From: Syntrophorhabdus sp.
GTDB lineage: Bacteria; Desulfobacterota; Syntrophorhabdia; Syntrophorhabdales; Syntrophorhabdaceae
Assembly (NCBI GenBank): GCA_034679045.1
Contig: JAXDBK010000038.1
Coordinates: forward strand, 1-55,648
Reading direction: 5' to 3'
Length of the DNA: 55,648 nucleotides
The notes below the pieces were generated by a model that was given only the letters and a program-made list of their open reading frames with translations, was not told where the DNA came from and ran no database searches. Numbering within the stretch: the stretch's first letter is position 1; every line of letters begins with the position of its first letter. The position numbers were made by a program, and so were the translations under genes. Positions 17,387 through 27,740 of the stretch are shown here, one piece after another.

Positions 17387-17719
17387 ATGCGAAAGGGTCC
17401 CAAAGAACCCCGAGAACCGGCGGAGAGATATGAAACTGTACGTCGTTATATGTCGGCCGTCCTCCGCGAACATATTTGCTCCGCTAAGGAGATATCGGTT
17501 TATCTGAGGATTCCGGAGAAGGATGTTTACGACCACCTCGAACATATTAGAAAGAGCCTAAGCAAGAGCGGGTATCACCTCGTTGTGGAGGCCGCTCGAT
17601 GTGAAAAATGCGGTTTTGTTTTCAGAAAGAGGACGCGGTTGGCTAAACCGGGTAAATGTCCCATGTGTCTTAGTTCCCTGATCCTTGCACCACTTTTCTC
17701 AATCCGCAAATCCTGTTAG
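17387..17719 (+). CDS. Predicted transcriptional regulator, HTH fused to Zn ribbon (COG3357-like)
   Basis: SAKEIS...EKDVYDHLEHIRKS helix-turn-helix then CEKCGFVF...KPGKCPMC. Confidence 0.8.
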   Translation: MRKGPKEPREPAERYETVRRYMSAVLREHICSAKEISVYLRIPEKDVYDHLEHIRKSLSKSGYHLVVEAARCEKCGFVFRKRTRLAKPGKCPMCLSSLILAPLFSIRKSC

Positions 17720-17829
17720 AGAGGCGCCGAATCCGTTGGCTTTTTTCGACCAGAGGGGCTATGTGCTTGATTCTATTAGAACAAGTCCTTGATTTCTGCA
17801 GGAATTTCTGGTATAAATTTCAGACATAA

Positions 17830-18924
17830 ATGCGAGGTCTTATACAACGGATATGGAAAGGCGAGGCACAATGGGTACGATGGTTTTTGTATGTACCGCT
17901 ATTTTGCCTTTCCCGCATATATAAGGCCTGTATTGGAGTTAGAGACTACCTGTATACCAGGGGTTTATTGAAGGTTGATCATGTTTCGATCCCTGTGGTG
18001 AGTGTGGGGAACGTCACTCTTGGAGGCACAGGGAAGACTCCTGTAGCAGAAAGGCTCGCCATCGGTCTCAAAGCTATGGGCTTTCGGCCCGGCATCATTA
18101 CAAGGGGTTACAAGAGGAAAAGAGCAGGTACGTTCTGTGTCGATGCACGGAATGACAGTGCGGAGGACGTTGGCGATGAAGCATTCATGTTGGCCAGCAG
18201 AGGACAAATACCGGTAATTGTCGGGACGAGAAGAGCAGATGCGGTTATGGAGGGAATGCAAAAGGCCAGCATCGATATCGCGATCTTGGATGATGGTTTT
18301 CAGGTGAGGAACATGAAGAAGGACGCCGAGATTCTTGTGGTTAAGTGGCAGGATGGGGTTGCATCCCGGGAGTTTTTCCCCCTTGGTCCTTACAGGGAGT
18401 CGTGGCAGCGCTTGAGAGACGCCGATGCTATACTTGTCAACACTGGGAGAGTCGCGGTCGACTGGAAGGCTTATCCTGACGGTATACCCACCTTCAAAAT
18501 GACATACAGGCCGGTCCACCTTTACAATATGAAGTACCATCTGATGGCCCACTTCAATCTCTTAAGGGGACGAAAAGTGCTGGCTTTCGCCGGTCTTGGA
18601 GATAACCGGTCTTTTTTTGACCTCCTGCAAAGACTGGGCGCCGAGATCCTGAGGGAGATATCGTATGATGATCACTACAGGTATACGGTTCGGGACCTGG
18701 AGGACCTGGCGTCTCAAAAGGACGTGAGCCTTGTTGTGACAACAGAAAAGGATGCCGTCAAGCTCAGAGGGATGAATGTGCCTGAGAACCTTTTTTATTT
18801 GTCTGTCGAAGTGGCTTTGGAGAATGAGGAGGAGCTTTTTACCCTCATCTGTAAAAAACTTGAGGCATCAGGAGCAATCCTTCCCGATCCCGGCAAGGGG
18901 GCTCGGAGGCATTGGGTTCAGTGA
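17830..18924 (+). CDS. lpxK: Tetraacyldisaccharide 4'-kinase
   Basis: PVVSVGNVTLGGTGKTP, TRGY, GDE, LDDGFQ, TTEKDAVKL. Confidence 0.95.
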   Translation: MRGLIQRIWKGEAQWVRWFLYVPLFCLSRIYKACIGVRDYLYTRGLLKVDHVSIPVVSVGNVTLGGTGKTPVAERLAIGLKAMGFRPGIITRGYKRKRAGTFCVDARNDSAEDVGDEAFMLASRGQIPVIVGTRRADAVMEGMQKASIDIAILDDGFQVRNMKKDAEILVVKWQDGVASREFFPLGPYRESWQRLRDADAILVNTGRVAVDWKAYPDGIPTFKMTYRPVHLYNMKYHLMAHFNLLRGRKVLAFAGLGDNRSFFDLLQRLGAEILREISYDDHYRYTVRDLEDLASQKDVSLVVTTEKDAVKLRGMNVPENLFYLSVEVALENEEELFTLICKKLEASGAILPDPGKGARRHWVQ

Positions 18925-18994
18925 AAATCGTTGCTCTCGATTGGTGAATATGGTTTGAATTACGCATCTATGAAGAAATACAGTGGGGGATTAC

Positions 18995-20524
18995 ATGACG
19001 GATAGAGTTTTGATTTTTGATACCACGTTGAGGGATGGTGAACAGTCGCCGGGAAATACGATGAACACCCCTGAGAAGCTGAGGTTGGCGAAACAACTCG
19101 AGGCCCTTGGTGTAGATATTATAGAGGCAGGGTTTCCCATTGCGTCGGAGGGTGACTTTGATGCAGTCCGACAAATAGCGGAAGCTGTGACGGAAAGCGA
19201 GGTCGCCGGCCTGGCAAGGGCGAGCGATGAGGATATTGACCGGGCCTGGGAGGCAATAAAGGTTGCAAACAGGCCGCGGATACATACCTTCATATCTACG
19301 TCGGATATCCACCTCAAACACCAGTTTAAGAAGGACAGGGATGAGATCCTAGCGATTGCCGTCAATGCCGTAAAAAGAGAAAAGAAACACACCCCTGTAT
19401 TGGTGTTATCAGCCATGGATGCGACGAGGAGCGATTGGGACTATCTTTGTCGTGTTTTTGCCGAGGTGATTGATGCGGGTGCAGTGACGGTGAATGTGCC
19501 CGATACGGTGGGCTACACGGTCCCCGAGGAGTTCGGGCGCTTGATCAAATATATCGTGACGAATGTACCAAATATTTCTCAGGCTGTTATCAGTGTCCAC
19601 TGTCACAACGATCTGGGACTTGCAGTAGCCAACTCTATTGCTGCGATAATGAACGGCGCTCGCCAGGTTGAATGCACGATCAATGGGATCGGTGAACGTG
19701 CCGGGAATGCTTCTCTTGAGGAGATTGCAATGATTCTCCGTACCCGAAGAGATGCTTTTTCCCTTGATACACGGATCAAGACTGAAAAGATCTATCCTAC
19801 AAGCAGATTGGTCACCTCGATCACCGGCGTCTCCGTTCAGCCGAACAAGGCGATTGTGGGAGCCAATGCATTTGCCCACGAATCAGGTATTCACCAGGAT
19901 GGGCTGTTGAAGTCCAAACTGACCTACGAGATCATGACCCCGGAATCTGTCGGTATACTCAAGAGCTCCCTTGTTCTTGGGAAGCATTCGGGGAGACACG
20001 CCTTCAGGGACAGGATCAAGGAGTTGGGCTATAACTTGGCCGACAAAGAGTTAAATCTTGCCTTTAAGCGGTTCAAAGCCCTTTCAGACGTGAAGAAGGA
20101 TATCTACAACGAAGATATCGAGATGATCATCATGGATGAAATCTATAGGATACCGGAGAAATATAAGCTTTCGTATTTGAGCGTATCCTGCGGCAACACA
20201 ACCGTGCCGACGGCGACGGTAAAGCTAGAAATAGACGGGTTGGTGTACCAGGATGTAGGGGTGGGCGACGGACCGGTGGATGCCACTTACAAGATCATAA
20301 AACGGATTGTAAAAACAAACAGCAAGCTCCTCAAATTCTCAGTCAACTCCATAACGAGGGACATGGACGCCCAGGGAGAAGTCTTCGTAAAGCTGGAAGA
20401 GAACGGACATACGGTGATCGGAAAAGGGGCGGATACGGACATTATTGTAGCGAGCGCCAGGGCATACATCAACGCCTTGAACAAGCTCGACTATATAAAA
20501 CGAAAGGAAAGCGAGGGTATGTAG
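18995..20524 (+). CDS. leuA: 2-isopropylmalate synthase
   Basis: [33 protein letters not shown]-terminal regulatory domain (GDGPVDA). Confidence 0.93.
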   Translation: MTDRVLIFDTTLRDGEQSPGNTMNTPEKLRLAKQLEALGVDIIEAGFPIASEGDFDAVRQIAEAVTESEVAGLARASDEDIDRAWEAIKVANRPRIHTFISTSDIHLKHQFKKDRDEILAIAVNAVKREKKHTPVLVLSAMDATRSDWDYLCRVFAEVIDAGAVTVNVPDTVGYTVPEEFGRLIKYIVTNVPNISQAVISVHCHNDLGLAVANSIAAIMNGARQVECTINGIGERAGNASLEEIAMILRTRRDAFSLDTRIKTEKIYPTSRLVTSITGVSVQPNKAIVGANAFAHESGIHQDGLLKSKLTYEIMTPESVGILKSSLVLGKHSGRHAFRDRIKELGYNLADKELNLAFKRFKALSDVKKDIYNEDIEMIIMDEIYRIPEKYKLSYLSVSCGNTTVPTATVKLEIDGLVYQDVGVGDGPVDATYKIIKRIVKTNSKLLKFSVNSITRDMDAQGEVFVKLEENGHTVIGKGADTDIIVASARAYINALNKLDYIKRKESEGM

Positions 20525-20526
20525 CC

Positions 20527-21789
20527 ATGGGAATGACCATCACAGAGAAAATTCTTGCCTCTCACGCGGGGAAAGACTATGTGGAGCCCGGTGAGATCGT
20601 TGACGCCAGGCTGGATCTTACCCTGGCAAACGATATCACCGCCCCGTTATCGCTGGAAGAATTTGATAAGGTAGGCGCTGCCGGGGTATTTGATCCTGAA
20701 AAGGTTGTCTTCGTTCTCGACCACTTTACCCCGAATAAGGATATACCCTCTGCAGAGAACTGTAAGAAGATTCGGGAATTCTCAAAGAATTACGGGATAA
20801 CCCATGTTTATGACGGAGGCGCCTGCGGCATCGAGCATGCCCTTCTTCCGGAACAGGGCCTTGTTGTGCCCGGTGATGTGATAATCGGTGCGGACAGTCA
20901 CACGTGCACGTACGGCGCCCTCGGCGCCTTTTCGACGGGCGTTGGCAGCACAGATCTGACCTACGGCATGGTTACGGGTCGAAACTGGTTTAAGGTTCCG
21001 GAGAGCATAAAGTTTGTCTGCACCGGAAAGTGGCAGCAGTGGGTAACGGGTAAAGACCTGATTCTTCACATAATAGGCATGATAGGGGTTGACGGCGCCC
21101 TGTATGCGGCCATGGAATACGGTGGTGATGCTATTGCCGGCCTGTCCATGGATTCCCGGTTCGCAGTGGCGAATATGGCAATTGAGGCGGGGGCGAAAAA
21201 CGGAATATTTCCGGTGGATGAGAAAACCATGGCCTATGTGAAGGACCGGGGAAGAAGACCTCATGTGGTTTTTGAAAGCGACAAGGATGCCGAATACAGG
21301 CAAGTTTTTGAAATCGATATATCTGCGCTGGGCCTTAAGGTCGCATGTCCGTCCCTGCCTTCCAATGTGAAAGATGCCGAAGCAGTTGCCGGTACTCGTG
21401 TGGATCAGGTAGTGATCGGTTCCTGTACGAATGGGAGGATCGAGGACCTGGCCATGGCGGCCGAAATCCTCAAGGACAGGAAGGTGGCTTCGGATACGCG
21501 ATGCATCATCATCCCTGCTACACCGAGCATATACCTTGAAGCCATGAAGAAGGGTTATCTCGAGGCCTTCGTGGAAGCGGGGTGCATAGTTTCGCCACCG
21601 ACCTGCGGGCCGTGCCTCGGCGGTCATATGGGTATCCTGGCAAAGGGAGAACGGGCGGTTGCAACAACAAACAGAAACTTTGTGGGGAGGATGGGGCATC
21701 CGGAGAGCGAGGTTTACCTCGCGGGACCGGCTGTTGCGGCGGCTACTGCCATAAAGGGAACCATTGCCCATCCTATGGAGGTAAAATGA
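20527..21789 (+). CDS. leuC: 3-isopropylmalate dehydratase large subunit (homoaconitase/IPMI type)
   Basis: [34 protein letters not shown]. Confidence 0.93.
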   Translation: MGMTITEKILASHAGKDYVEPGEIVDARLDLTLANDITAPLSLEEFDKVGAAGVFDPEKVVFVLDHFTPNKDIPSAENCKKIREFSKNYGITHVYDGGACGIEHALLPEQGLVVPGDVIIGADSHTCTYGALGAFSTGVGSTDLTYGMVTGRNWFKVPESIKFVCTGKWQQWVTGKDLILHIIGMIGVDGALYAAMEYGGDAIAGLSMDSRFAVANMAIEAGAKNGIFPVDEKTMAYVKDRGRRPHVVFESDKDAEYRQVFEIDISALGLKVACPSLPSNVKDAEAVAGTRVDQVVIGSCTNGRIEDLAMAAEILKDRKVASDTRCIIIPATPSIYLEAMKKGYLEAFVEAGCIVSPPTCGPCLGGHMGILAKGERAVATTNRNFVGRMGHPESEVYLAGPAVAAATAIKGTIAHPMEVK

Positions 21790-22277
21790 AACTGCAAGGC
21801 CGGGTTTGGAAGTTTGGTGACAACATCGATACCGATGTAATTATTCCTGCAAAATATCTGGCATCAACGGATCCTAAGGTGCTCGGGGCACACTGTATGG
21901 AGCCTTTAGACCCCGATTTTGCCGGGAAGGTGCGGAAGGGGGACATCATTGTGGGGGGATTCAATTTTGGGTGCGGGTCGTCACGAGAGCATGCCCCTAT
22001 CGCTATATCGGCCCTCGGAATACCTCTGATTATAGCTAAGAGCTTTGCAAGGATCTTTTACCGAAACGCATTCAATAAAGGACTCGCCCTTCTGGAAGCC
22101 GATGTTTTCGATGAGATCGAGGAAGGTGCGGAGATTGACGTGGATATTTCCACCGGTATCATCAGGTGGAAGGAAAGGGAGATCAAGGCGAAACCTATAC
22201 CGCCCTTCATGGTGGAGCTTATTAATGCGGGCGGGTTGATCAATTACCTTAAAAAACAACTGGAGGAAATCAAATGA
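21786..22277 (+). CDS. leuD: 3-isopropylmalate dehydratase small subunit
   Basis: [31 protein letters not shown]; ATG 21786 overlaps leuC stop, GGAGG RBS. Confidence 0.93.
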   Translation: MKLQGRVWKFGDNIDTDVIIPAKYLASTDPKVLGAHCMEPLDPDFAGKVRKGDIIVGGFNFGCGSSREHAPIAISALGIPLIIAKSFARIFYRNAFNKGLALLEADVFDEIEEGAEIDVDISTGIIRWKEREIKAKPIPPFMVELINAGGLINYLKKQLEEIK

Positions 22278-23290
22278 AGACGTATAATGTGGCTGTAGTC
22301 GGCGCAACGGGTGCTGTGGGCAACGAAATGGTGGCTACCCTTGAAAAGAACAAGTTTCCCGTAAAGAACTTGACGCTCCTTGCATCCGCCCGGAGTGTAG
22401 GCAAAACCCTTACCTATAAGGGGGAGGATATCCCTATTGCCGAGCTGAAAGAGGACTCGTTTAAGGGTATTGATATAGGGCTTTTTTCACCCGGTGGGGC
22501 GGTAAGTCAGAAATTCGCCCCACTTGCGGCTGCAAGCGGTTGTGTGGTGATCGACAACACGAGCGCCTTCAGGATGGACCCGGACGTTCCCCTGGTGGTA
22601 CCGGAAGTCAATGCCCATGCAATCAAGTTCTATAAAAATAAAGGCATCATCGCGAACCCTAACTGTTCCACAATCCAGATGGTGGTTGTGTTAAAACCCC
22701 TGCACGATGCAGCAAGGATCAAGAGGGTAGTTGTTTCCACATACCAAGCTGTGTCCGGAACGGGCAAGAAGGCCATTTTTGAGCTCGAACAGCAGGTACT
22801 AGCCATCTACAATAATAAGCCGATCGAAAAAAAGGTGTATCCGTGGCAGATAGCTTTCAATTGTCTGCCCCATATCGATTCATTTCTTGAAAATGGGTAC
22901 ACAAAAGAGGAAATGAAGATGGTCAATGAAACCAAGAAGATTATGGAGGATGACGCCATTGCGGTAACGGCCACAACGGTGAGGGTACCGGTTTTTTATG
23001 GTCACTCCGAGTCTGTCAACATCGAGTTCGAAAAGGATGTGACCCCTGACGAAGCGAGGAGGTTGCTCAGCAAGGCCCCTGGAGTGAAAGTGGTGGATGA
23101 TCCTTCAAAGAACAAATACCCTCTTGCTATTGAGGCGGCAGGCAAAGATGATACCTTCGTCGGACGCATCCGCCGGGATGAATCGGTTGCCCACGGGCTC
23201 AATCTGTGGGTTGTGGCCGACAACATCAGAAAGGGCGCCGCCCTAAACGCGGTTCAGATAGCCGAGGTCCTGATTCGGCAGTACCTTTAA
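22274..23290 (+). CDS. asd: Aspartate-semialdehyde dehydrogenase
   Basis: VVGATGAVG, ANPNCSTIQ, STYQAVSG, RVPVFYGHSE, DNIRKGAALNAVQ. Confidence 0.97.
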   Translation: MKTYNVAVVGATGAVGNEMVATLEKNKFPVKNLTLLASARSVGKTLTYKGEDIPIAELKEDSFKGIDIGLFSPGGAVSQKFAPLAAASGCVVIDNTSAFRMDPDVPLVVPEVNAHAIKFYKNKGIIANPNCSTIQMVVVLKPLHDAARIKRVVVSTYQAVSGTGKKAIFELEQQVLAIYNNKPIEKKVYPWQIAFNCLPHIDSFLENGYTKEEMKMVNETKKIMEDDAIAVTATTVRVPVFYGHSESVNIEFEKDVTPDEARRLLSKAPGVKVVDDPSKNKYPLAIEAAGKDDTFVGRIRRDESVAHGLNLWVVADNIRKGAALNAVQIAEVLIRQYL

Positions 23291-23345
23291 TTTGTAGAGA
23301 CCGGATAGAGGTTGGATTGGTCGGCGCTGGACTTTCGCTACCGGA

Positions 23346-23684
23346 TCAAGGCTCAACTTCTGGTGACTTTGATCGCTTAAGTCTGCTGATCTCCTCCTCT
23401 ATCTCGTCTATTTCCTGTCGCATCCTGAGGATTGAGCTTGTTCTCTCCTTGAGAAAAGGGTCATCCCTTGAAACGTCCCGTCCGGCCGTGACCTCGTCGA
23501 AAGTGTATTCGCCGATATCGATGAGCAGTTTGTCGATGCTCCGCTGAATCTTTGCAATATCCAGATATCTCTTCTTCCCCACCTTCGCCTGTTTCTCCAC
23601 GCTGAATGCAATGTCCTGGGCCGTTTCCTTAATGGCCTTCAGCCCATCCTCTGCCATCTTCTTCCAATCGTCCATGGTTGTCAT
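23346..23684 (-). CDS. Hypothetical helical/coiled-coil protein
   Basis: GGGAGG RBS + ATG 23684; amphipathic helical, charged composition; no family recognised. Confidence 0.7.
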   Translation of the reverse strand: MTTMDDWKKMAEDGLKAIKETAQDIAFSVEKQAKVGKKRYLDIAKIQRSIDKLLIDIGEYTFDEVTAGRDVSRDDPFLKERTSSILRMRQEIDEIEEEISRLKRSKSPEVEP

Positions 23685-23856
23685 GGGGCCTCCCTTTTTC
23701 TGGTCGCTCTTGTAAATATATCCCGTCGAATTGCGTTTTTTCAAGTAGTTTCGGATAGGGGCAAGCCGTCGTCGAAACAGGAATAAGAAGGATGGACCGA
23801 TCAGGATGCGTCTGGGCCGGGGTCGTTGGATAGAAGGGTGGACGGTGAATAGATTA

Positions 23857-23885
23857 TTGAAATCCTTGGACTCTTATGATAAAGT
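23857..23885 (+). promoter_or_regulatory. Putative sigma70 promoter of dgt
   Basis: TTGAAA (23857-23862), 17 bp, TGa-TAAAGT (23880-23885). Confidence 0.45.
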
Positions 23886-23942
23886 ACGAATTGGTATGTG
23901 TCCCGGATCTCTATCCTCTTTTGTGGCCCGCAGGTTCCAATA

Positions 23943-24986
23943 ATGAATATCAGAATGAGACTGGAGGAGAGGGAAGAACAGATACTGGCTCCCGGTGCGC
24001 AACGGAGCAACAGGACCCGTGGAAGGCTGAGGGAGGAGCCTGAGTGTGATATCAGACCTGCCTTTCAACACGATAGGGACCGGATAACGCACAGCAAGTC
24101 TTTTAGAAGACTGAAACATAAAACGCAGGTCTTCCTGGCGCCGGCAGGTGATCATTACAGAACAAGACTTACTCACACCATTGAGGTGGCGCAGATAGGC
24201 AGAACCATAGCAAGGGCCCTTTCCCTCAATGAAGACCTAGTGGAGGCCATCGCTCTCGGACACGATTTGGGCCACACCCCCTTCGGACATGCGGGGGAAG
24301 AGGTGCTGAACGTGATCCATAGCGGCGGGTTCCGCCACTACGAGCAAAGCCTTCGGGTTGTCGATGTTTTGGAAAAGAACGGCGAGGGGTTAAACTTGAC
24401 GGCGGAAGTCAGAGACGGCATCCTCCGGCACTCAAAAGGGAAGGGTGCGATCGTAGTGCGCAACGGACATGACCGACCTCTGACCAGGGAGGCGGAAGTT
24501 GTGAGGGTGGCCGATATTATTGCATATATCAACCATGATATCGATGACGCCACACGAGCAAACGTAATCGGCGAAAAAGACCTTCCCGTCGAGTCGAGAT
24601 CGTATCTGGGCGAATCTAACTCTGATCGGATTGATACGATGGTTCGAGGTGTAATTGACCAGAGTCTCGGGAACGAGGGCGAGGAGTTGGCGTTCGGCAA
24701 TGAACTCGAATCCCACATCATACAGCTCAGGGATTTTTTGTATGAGCGGGTTTATGACAGCCCGGTGGTGCACCAGGATTTTCTCAAGTGCACAAGGATC
24801 ATGGAGGATTTGTACCATTATTTTTTGCGGAATGAGGATGCTTTTCTCAGCGAGACAGGAATGAATGATTTTTATGATGCGCCCGCAGAGTGTGTTCGTG
24901 ATTTTGTTGCGGGTATGACGGATAGGTATGCCTTTTCCTTGTTTGAGAGATTTTTTCTGCCCCTGCCGTGGAAAAGGCAGGTTTAA
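23943..24986 (+). CDS. dgt: Deoxyguanosinetriphosphate triphosphohydrolase-like HD protein
   Basis: DRDRI.HSKSFRRLKHKTQV, RTRLTH, GHDLGHTPFGHAGE, ADIIAY, DFVAGMTD. Confidence 0.93.
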   Translation: MNIRMRLEEREEQILAPGAQRSNRTRGRLREEPECDIRPAFQHDRDRITHSKSFRRLKHKTQVFLAPAGDHYRTRLTHTIEVAQIGRTIARALSLNEDLVEAIALGHDLGHTPFGHAGEEVLNVIHSGGFRHYEQSLRVVDVLEKNGEGLNLTAEVRDGILRHSKGKGAIVVRNGHDRPLTREAEVVRVADIIAYINHDIDDATRANVIGEKDLPVESRSYLGESNSDRIDTMVRGVIDQSLGNEGEELAFGNELESHIIQLRDFLYERVYDSPVVHQDFLKCTRIMEDLYHYFLRNEDAFLSETGMNDFYDAPAECVRDFVAGMTDRYAFSLFERFFLPLPWKRQV

Positions 24987-25106
24987 AACTGTTGATGGTT
25001 GATGCGGCGGTACCCGGCGGGAAGTGGGATGGCATAAACCGCAAGAGTGATGAAGGTCAGGGGAGTTTCACTACAAATATGTTTTTCAAGGGAGCTGAAT
25101 AGCAAT

Positions 25107-27740
25107 ATGGAGAAGGTTTTTAACCCTCACACTATCGAGGGAAAGTGGTATGAACTTTGGGTCAAGAACGGTTATTTTACAGCAAACAATAGCGTAGAGG
25201 GAGAGCCTTTTTCCATTGTAATACCGCCTCCCAACGTGACCGGTATGCTCCACATGGGTCACGCCCTGAATAACACGCTCCAGGATATCATAACGAGATA
25301 CAAGAGAATGGCCGGATTCAACGCCTTATGGGTGCCCGGTACGGACCACGCCGGTATTGCAACCCAGAACGTGGTGGAACGAGAACTTGCAAAGGAAGGG
25401 CTTAACCGGGAGATGCTTGGTCGGGAGAAATTTGTAGATCGGGTATGGGAATGGAAGGAGCAGTCAGGAAATACGATCATTGAGCAACTCAAGCGACTCG
25501 GATGTTCATGCGATTGGTCCCGGCAGCGTTTCACCATGGATGCAGGACTTTCGAGGGCTGTTCGGGAAGTCTTTGTGCGGTTATATAACGAGGGGCTGAT
25601 CTACAGGGACAACTACATCATCAACTGGTGCCCGCGATGCAAGACCGCTCTTTCGGATCTTGAGGCTGAGCACGAGCTTACCAACGGAAGCCTCTGGCAT
25701 ATCAGGTACCCCCTGGCCGACGGATCGGGCCACTTGATTGTCGCTACCACAAGGCCTGAGACAATGCTCGGCGACACTGCCATAGCCGTGAACCCCTCGG
25801 ATGAACGCTATGCCCCATACATTGGCAAGGATGTAATCCTTCCTATTGTTGACAAAAGGATTCCCGTTATCGGCGACAGCTACGTGGATGTTACCTTCGG
25901 GACGGGTGTGCTGAAGGTAACGCCTGCCCACGATCTCAATGATTTTGAAATAAGCAAGAGGTGCAACCTCGACGTTGTGAAGGTCATTGACGACGATGGA
26001 AGGATGAACGAGAATGCCGTCCACTTTAAGGGAATGGACAGGTTCGAATGCAGGGAAAGGATCGTTGAGGAGTTGGACAAGAAGGGCTTGCTTGAAAAAA
26101 TTGAGCCCTATGCCCTCGGTGTAGGGAAGTGCTATCGTTGCAAAACGGTTGTGGAGCCGAGTCTTTCCCGCCAATGGTTTCTCAAAATGAAGCCCCTCGC
26201 CGAACCGGCTATCGAAGCGGTGCGGAACCACCAGGTGAGAATCATACCGGAAATGTGGGAAAAGACCTATTTCGAGTGGATGGAGAACATCAGGGATTGG
26301 TGTATCTCGCGCCAGATCTGGTGGGGGCACAGACTGCCCGTATGGTATTGTGACAGATGTGACAGGACCTATGTTTCTGCGGAAGACCTCAGTACATGCG
26401 AGGTTTGTAAAGGAGATCTTCGACAGGAATCGGATGTGCTTGACACGTGGTTTTCATCCGGTCTTTGGCCTTTCTCGACGCTCGGGTGGCCCGACGACAC
26501 AAAGGACTTGAGGACGTATTATCCCACATCGGTTCTTATCACTGCCTTTGATATCCTCTTTTTCTGGGTTGCACGCATGATCATGATGGGTATCAGGTTC
26601 ATGGGTCAGGTTCCCTTCCGCGAGGTATATATCCATGCCTTGGTGAGGGATGCAGAAGGCAAGAAGATGAGCAAGTCGAAGGGGAATGTGATTGACCCCC
26701 TCCTTATGATAGATGAGTATGGAACGGACGCCTTCCGTTTTGCCCTGGCAATGCTTGCGGCTCAGGGAAGAGACATACTTCTCTCAGAGGAGAGGGTGGA
26801 AGGGGTGAGAAACTTTGTCAACAAGGTCTGGAACGCATCAAAGCTTTCTCTCACCTTTATAGACAGCGGCACGGCAGGGATCGAGAGCGGGAAGTCGGCC
26901 TTTCTCCCCGACCGGTGGATACGGTCACGGCTCCAGAAGGTAGTGAGGGAGTTGTCGGAAAGCATCGAAAAATACCGATTTAACGAGGCTGCAAATGCTG
27001 TTTACAGCTTTGTCTGGCACGAATACTGTGATTGGTACCTTGAAATGGTAAAACCGAACCTGTACGGAAAGGTCGATTCCTTTGATCCATCGTTGACGAG
27101 ATCGGTGATCCACCGCACGTTATCGGATATTTTGAAGATGCTCCATCCCCTTATGCCCTTTGTGACCGAGGAGATCTATCAACGCTTGCCTGTGAGGGAG
27201 AGCGAAAGCATCATGGTCGCCCCCTTCCCGAAATACACTGAGGCAGAGGTCGATGAAGCGGCAGAGCAGGAGATGGACCTCGTCATGGGCATAGTGGATG
27301 TGGTGAGGAATATACGGGGCGAAACAGGCATTGCCCCCAACGTCCGGGTAGAGGCGGTGGTGCGCGCCGACGGACGAGCGTCCATTCTGCAGGAGTATGG
27401 TTACTATATCAAGGAACTGGCCAAAATTGAGCATCTTGCTTTCATGGATGGAAGACCGCCTGAGCAATCGGCCGTGGGCGTATACAAAGGCATCGAGGTA
27501 TTTGTCCCCCTTAAGAGCCTTATTGATGTGTCGAAGGAGTTGGGGCGTGTAGCCAAGGAGCTGCAAAAGATTGAAGAGGATAGTGAAAGACTGCTCAAAA
27601 AACTGAATAATCCGTCCTTTCGGGAAAAGGCTCCCGCCGAGGTGATTGCTAAAAACCAGGAAACATTCGATGAGCTGATGAAGAAGAAGGAGAAACTTGT
27701 TTCGAGTAGAGAACTACTGGAGAACCTTGCAGGCAATTAG
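25107..27740 (+). CDS. valS: Valine--tRNA ligase
   Basis: PPPNVTGMLHMGH (HIGH), DWCISRQIWWGH, KMSKS, C-terminal coiled coil. Confidence 0.98.
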   Translation: MEKVFNPHTIEGKWYELWVKNGYFTANNSVEGEPFSIVIPPPNVTGMLHMGHALNNTLQDIITRYKRMAGFNALWVPGTDHAGIATQNVVERELAKEGLNREMLGREKFVDRVWEWKEQSGNTIIEQLKRLGCSCDWSRQRFTMDAGLSRAVREVFVRLYNEGLIYRDNYIINWCPRCKTALSDLEAEHELTNGSLWHIRYPLADGSGHLIVATTRPETMLGDTAIAVNPSDERYAPYIGKDVILPIVDKRIPVIGDSYVDVTFGTGVLKVTPAHDLNDFEISKRCNLDVVKVIDDDGRMNENAVHFKGMDRFECRERIVEELDKKGLLEKIEPYALGVGKCYRCKTVVEPSLSRQWFLKMKPLAEPAIEAVRNHQVRIIPEMWEKTYFEWMENIRDWCISRQIWWGHRLPVWYCDRCDRTYVSAEDLSTCEVCKGDLRQESDVLDTWFSSGLWPFSTLGWPDDTKDLRTYYPTSVLITAFDILFFWVARMIMMGIRFMGQVPFREVYIHALVRDAEGKKMSKSKGNVIDPLLMIDEYGTDAFRFALAMLAAQGRDILLSEERVEGVRNFVNKVWNASKLSLTFIDSGTAGIESGKSAFLPDRWIRSRLQKVVRELSESIEKYRFNEAANAVYSFVWHEYCDWYLEMVKPNLYGKVDSFDPSLTRSVIHRTLSDILKMLHPLMPFVTEEIYQRLPVRESESIMVAPFPKYTEAEVDEAAEQEMDLVMGIVDVVRNIRGETGIAPNVRVEAVVRADGRASILQEYGYYIKELAKIEHLAFMDGRPPEQSAVGVYKGIEVFVPLKSLIDVSKELGRVAKELQKIEEDSERLLKKLNNPSFREKAPAEVIAKNQETFDELMKKKEKLVSSRELLENLAGN

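Noticed and set aside
20782-21771. Long antisense ORFs (329 aa here; also 25581-26330, 35736-36386, 45415-46065, 47275-48057)
   Set aside because: Shadows of conserved genes on the opposite strand, with no protein motifs
21582-21785. N-terminal extension of LeuD in the ORF track; similar extensions for valS (25047), dgt (23898) and the carboxyspermidine dehydrogenase (48189)
   Set aside because: Artefacts of longest-ORF calling; homology and, where visible, RBS position support the downstream starts
23943-24986. dGTPase as an anti-phage defence gene
   Set aside because: Short housekeeping-type dgt in core context next to valS, with no defence-island neighbours
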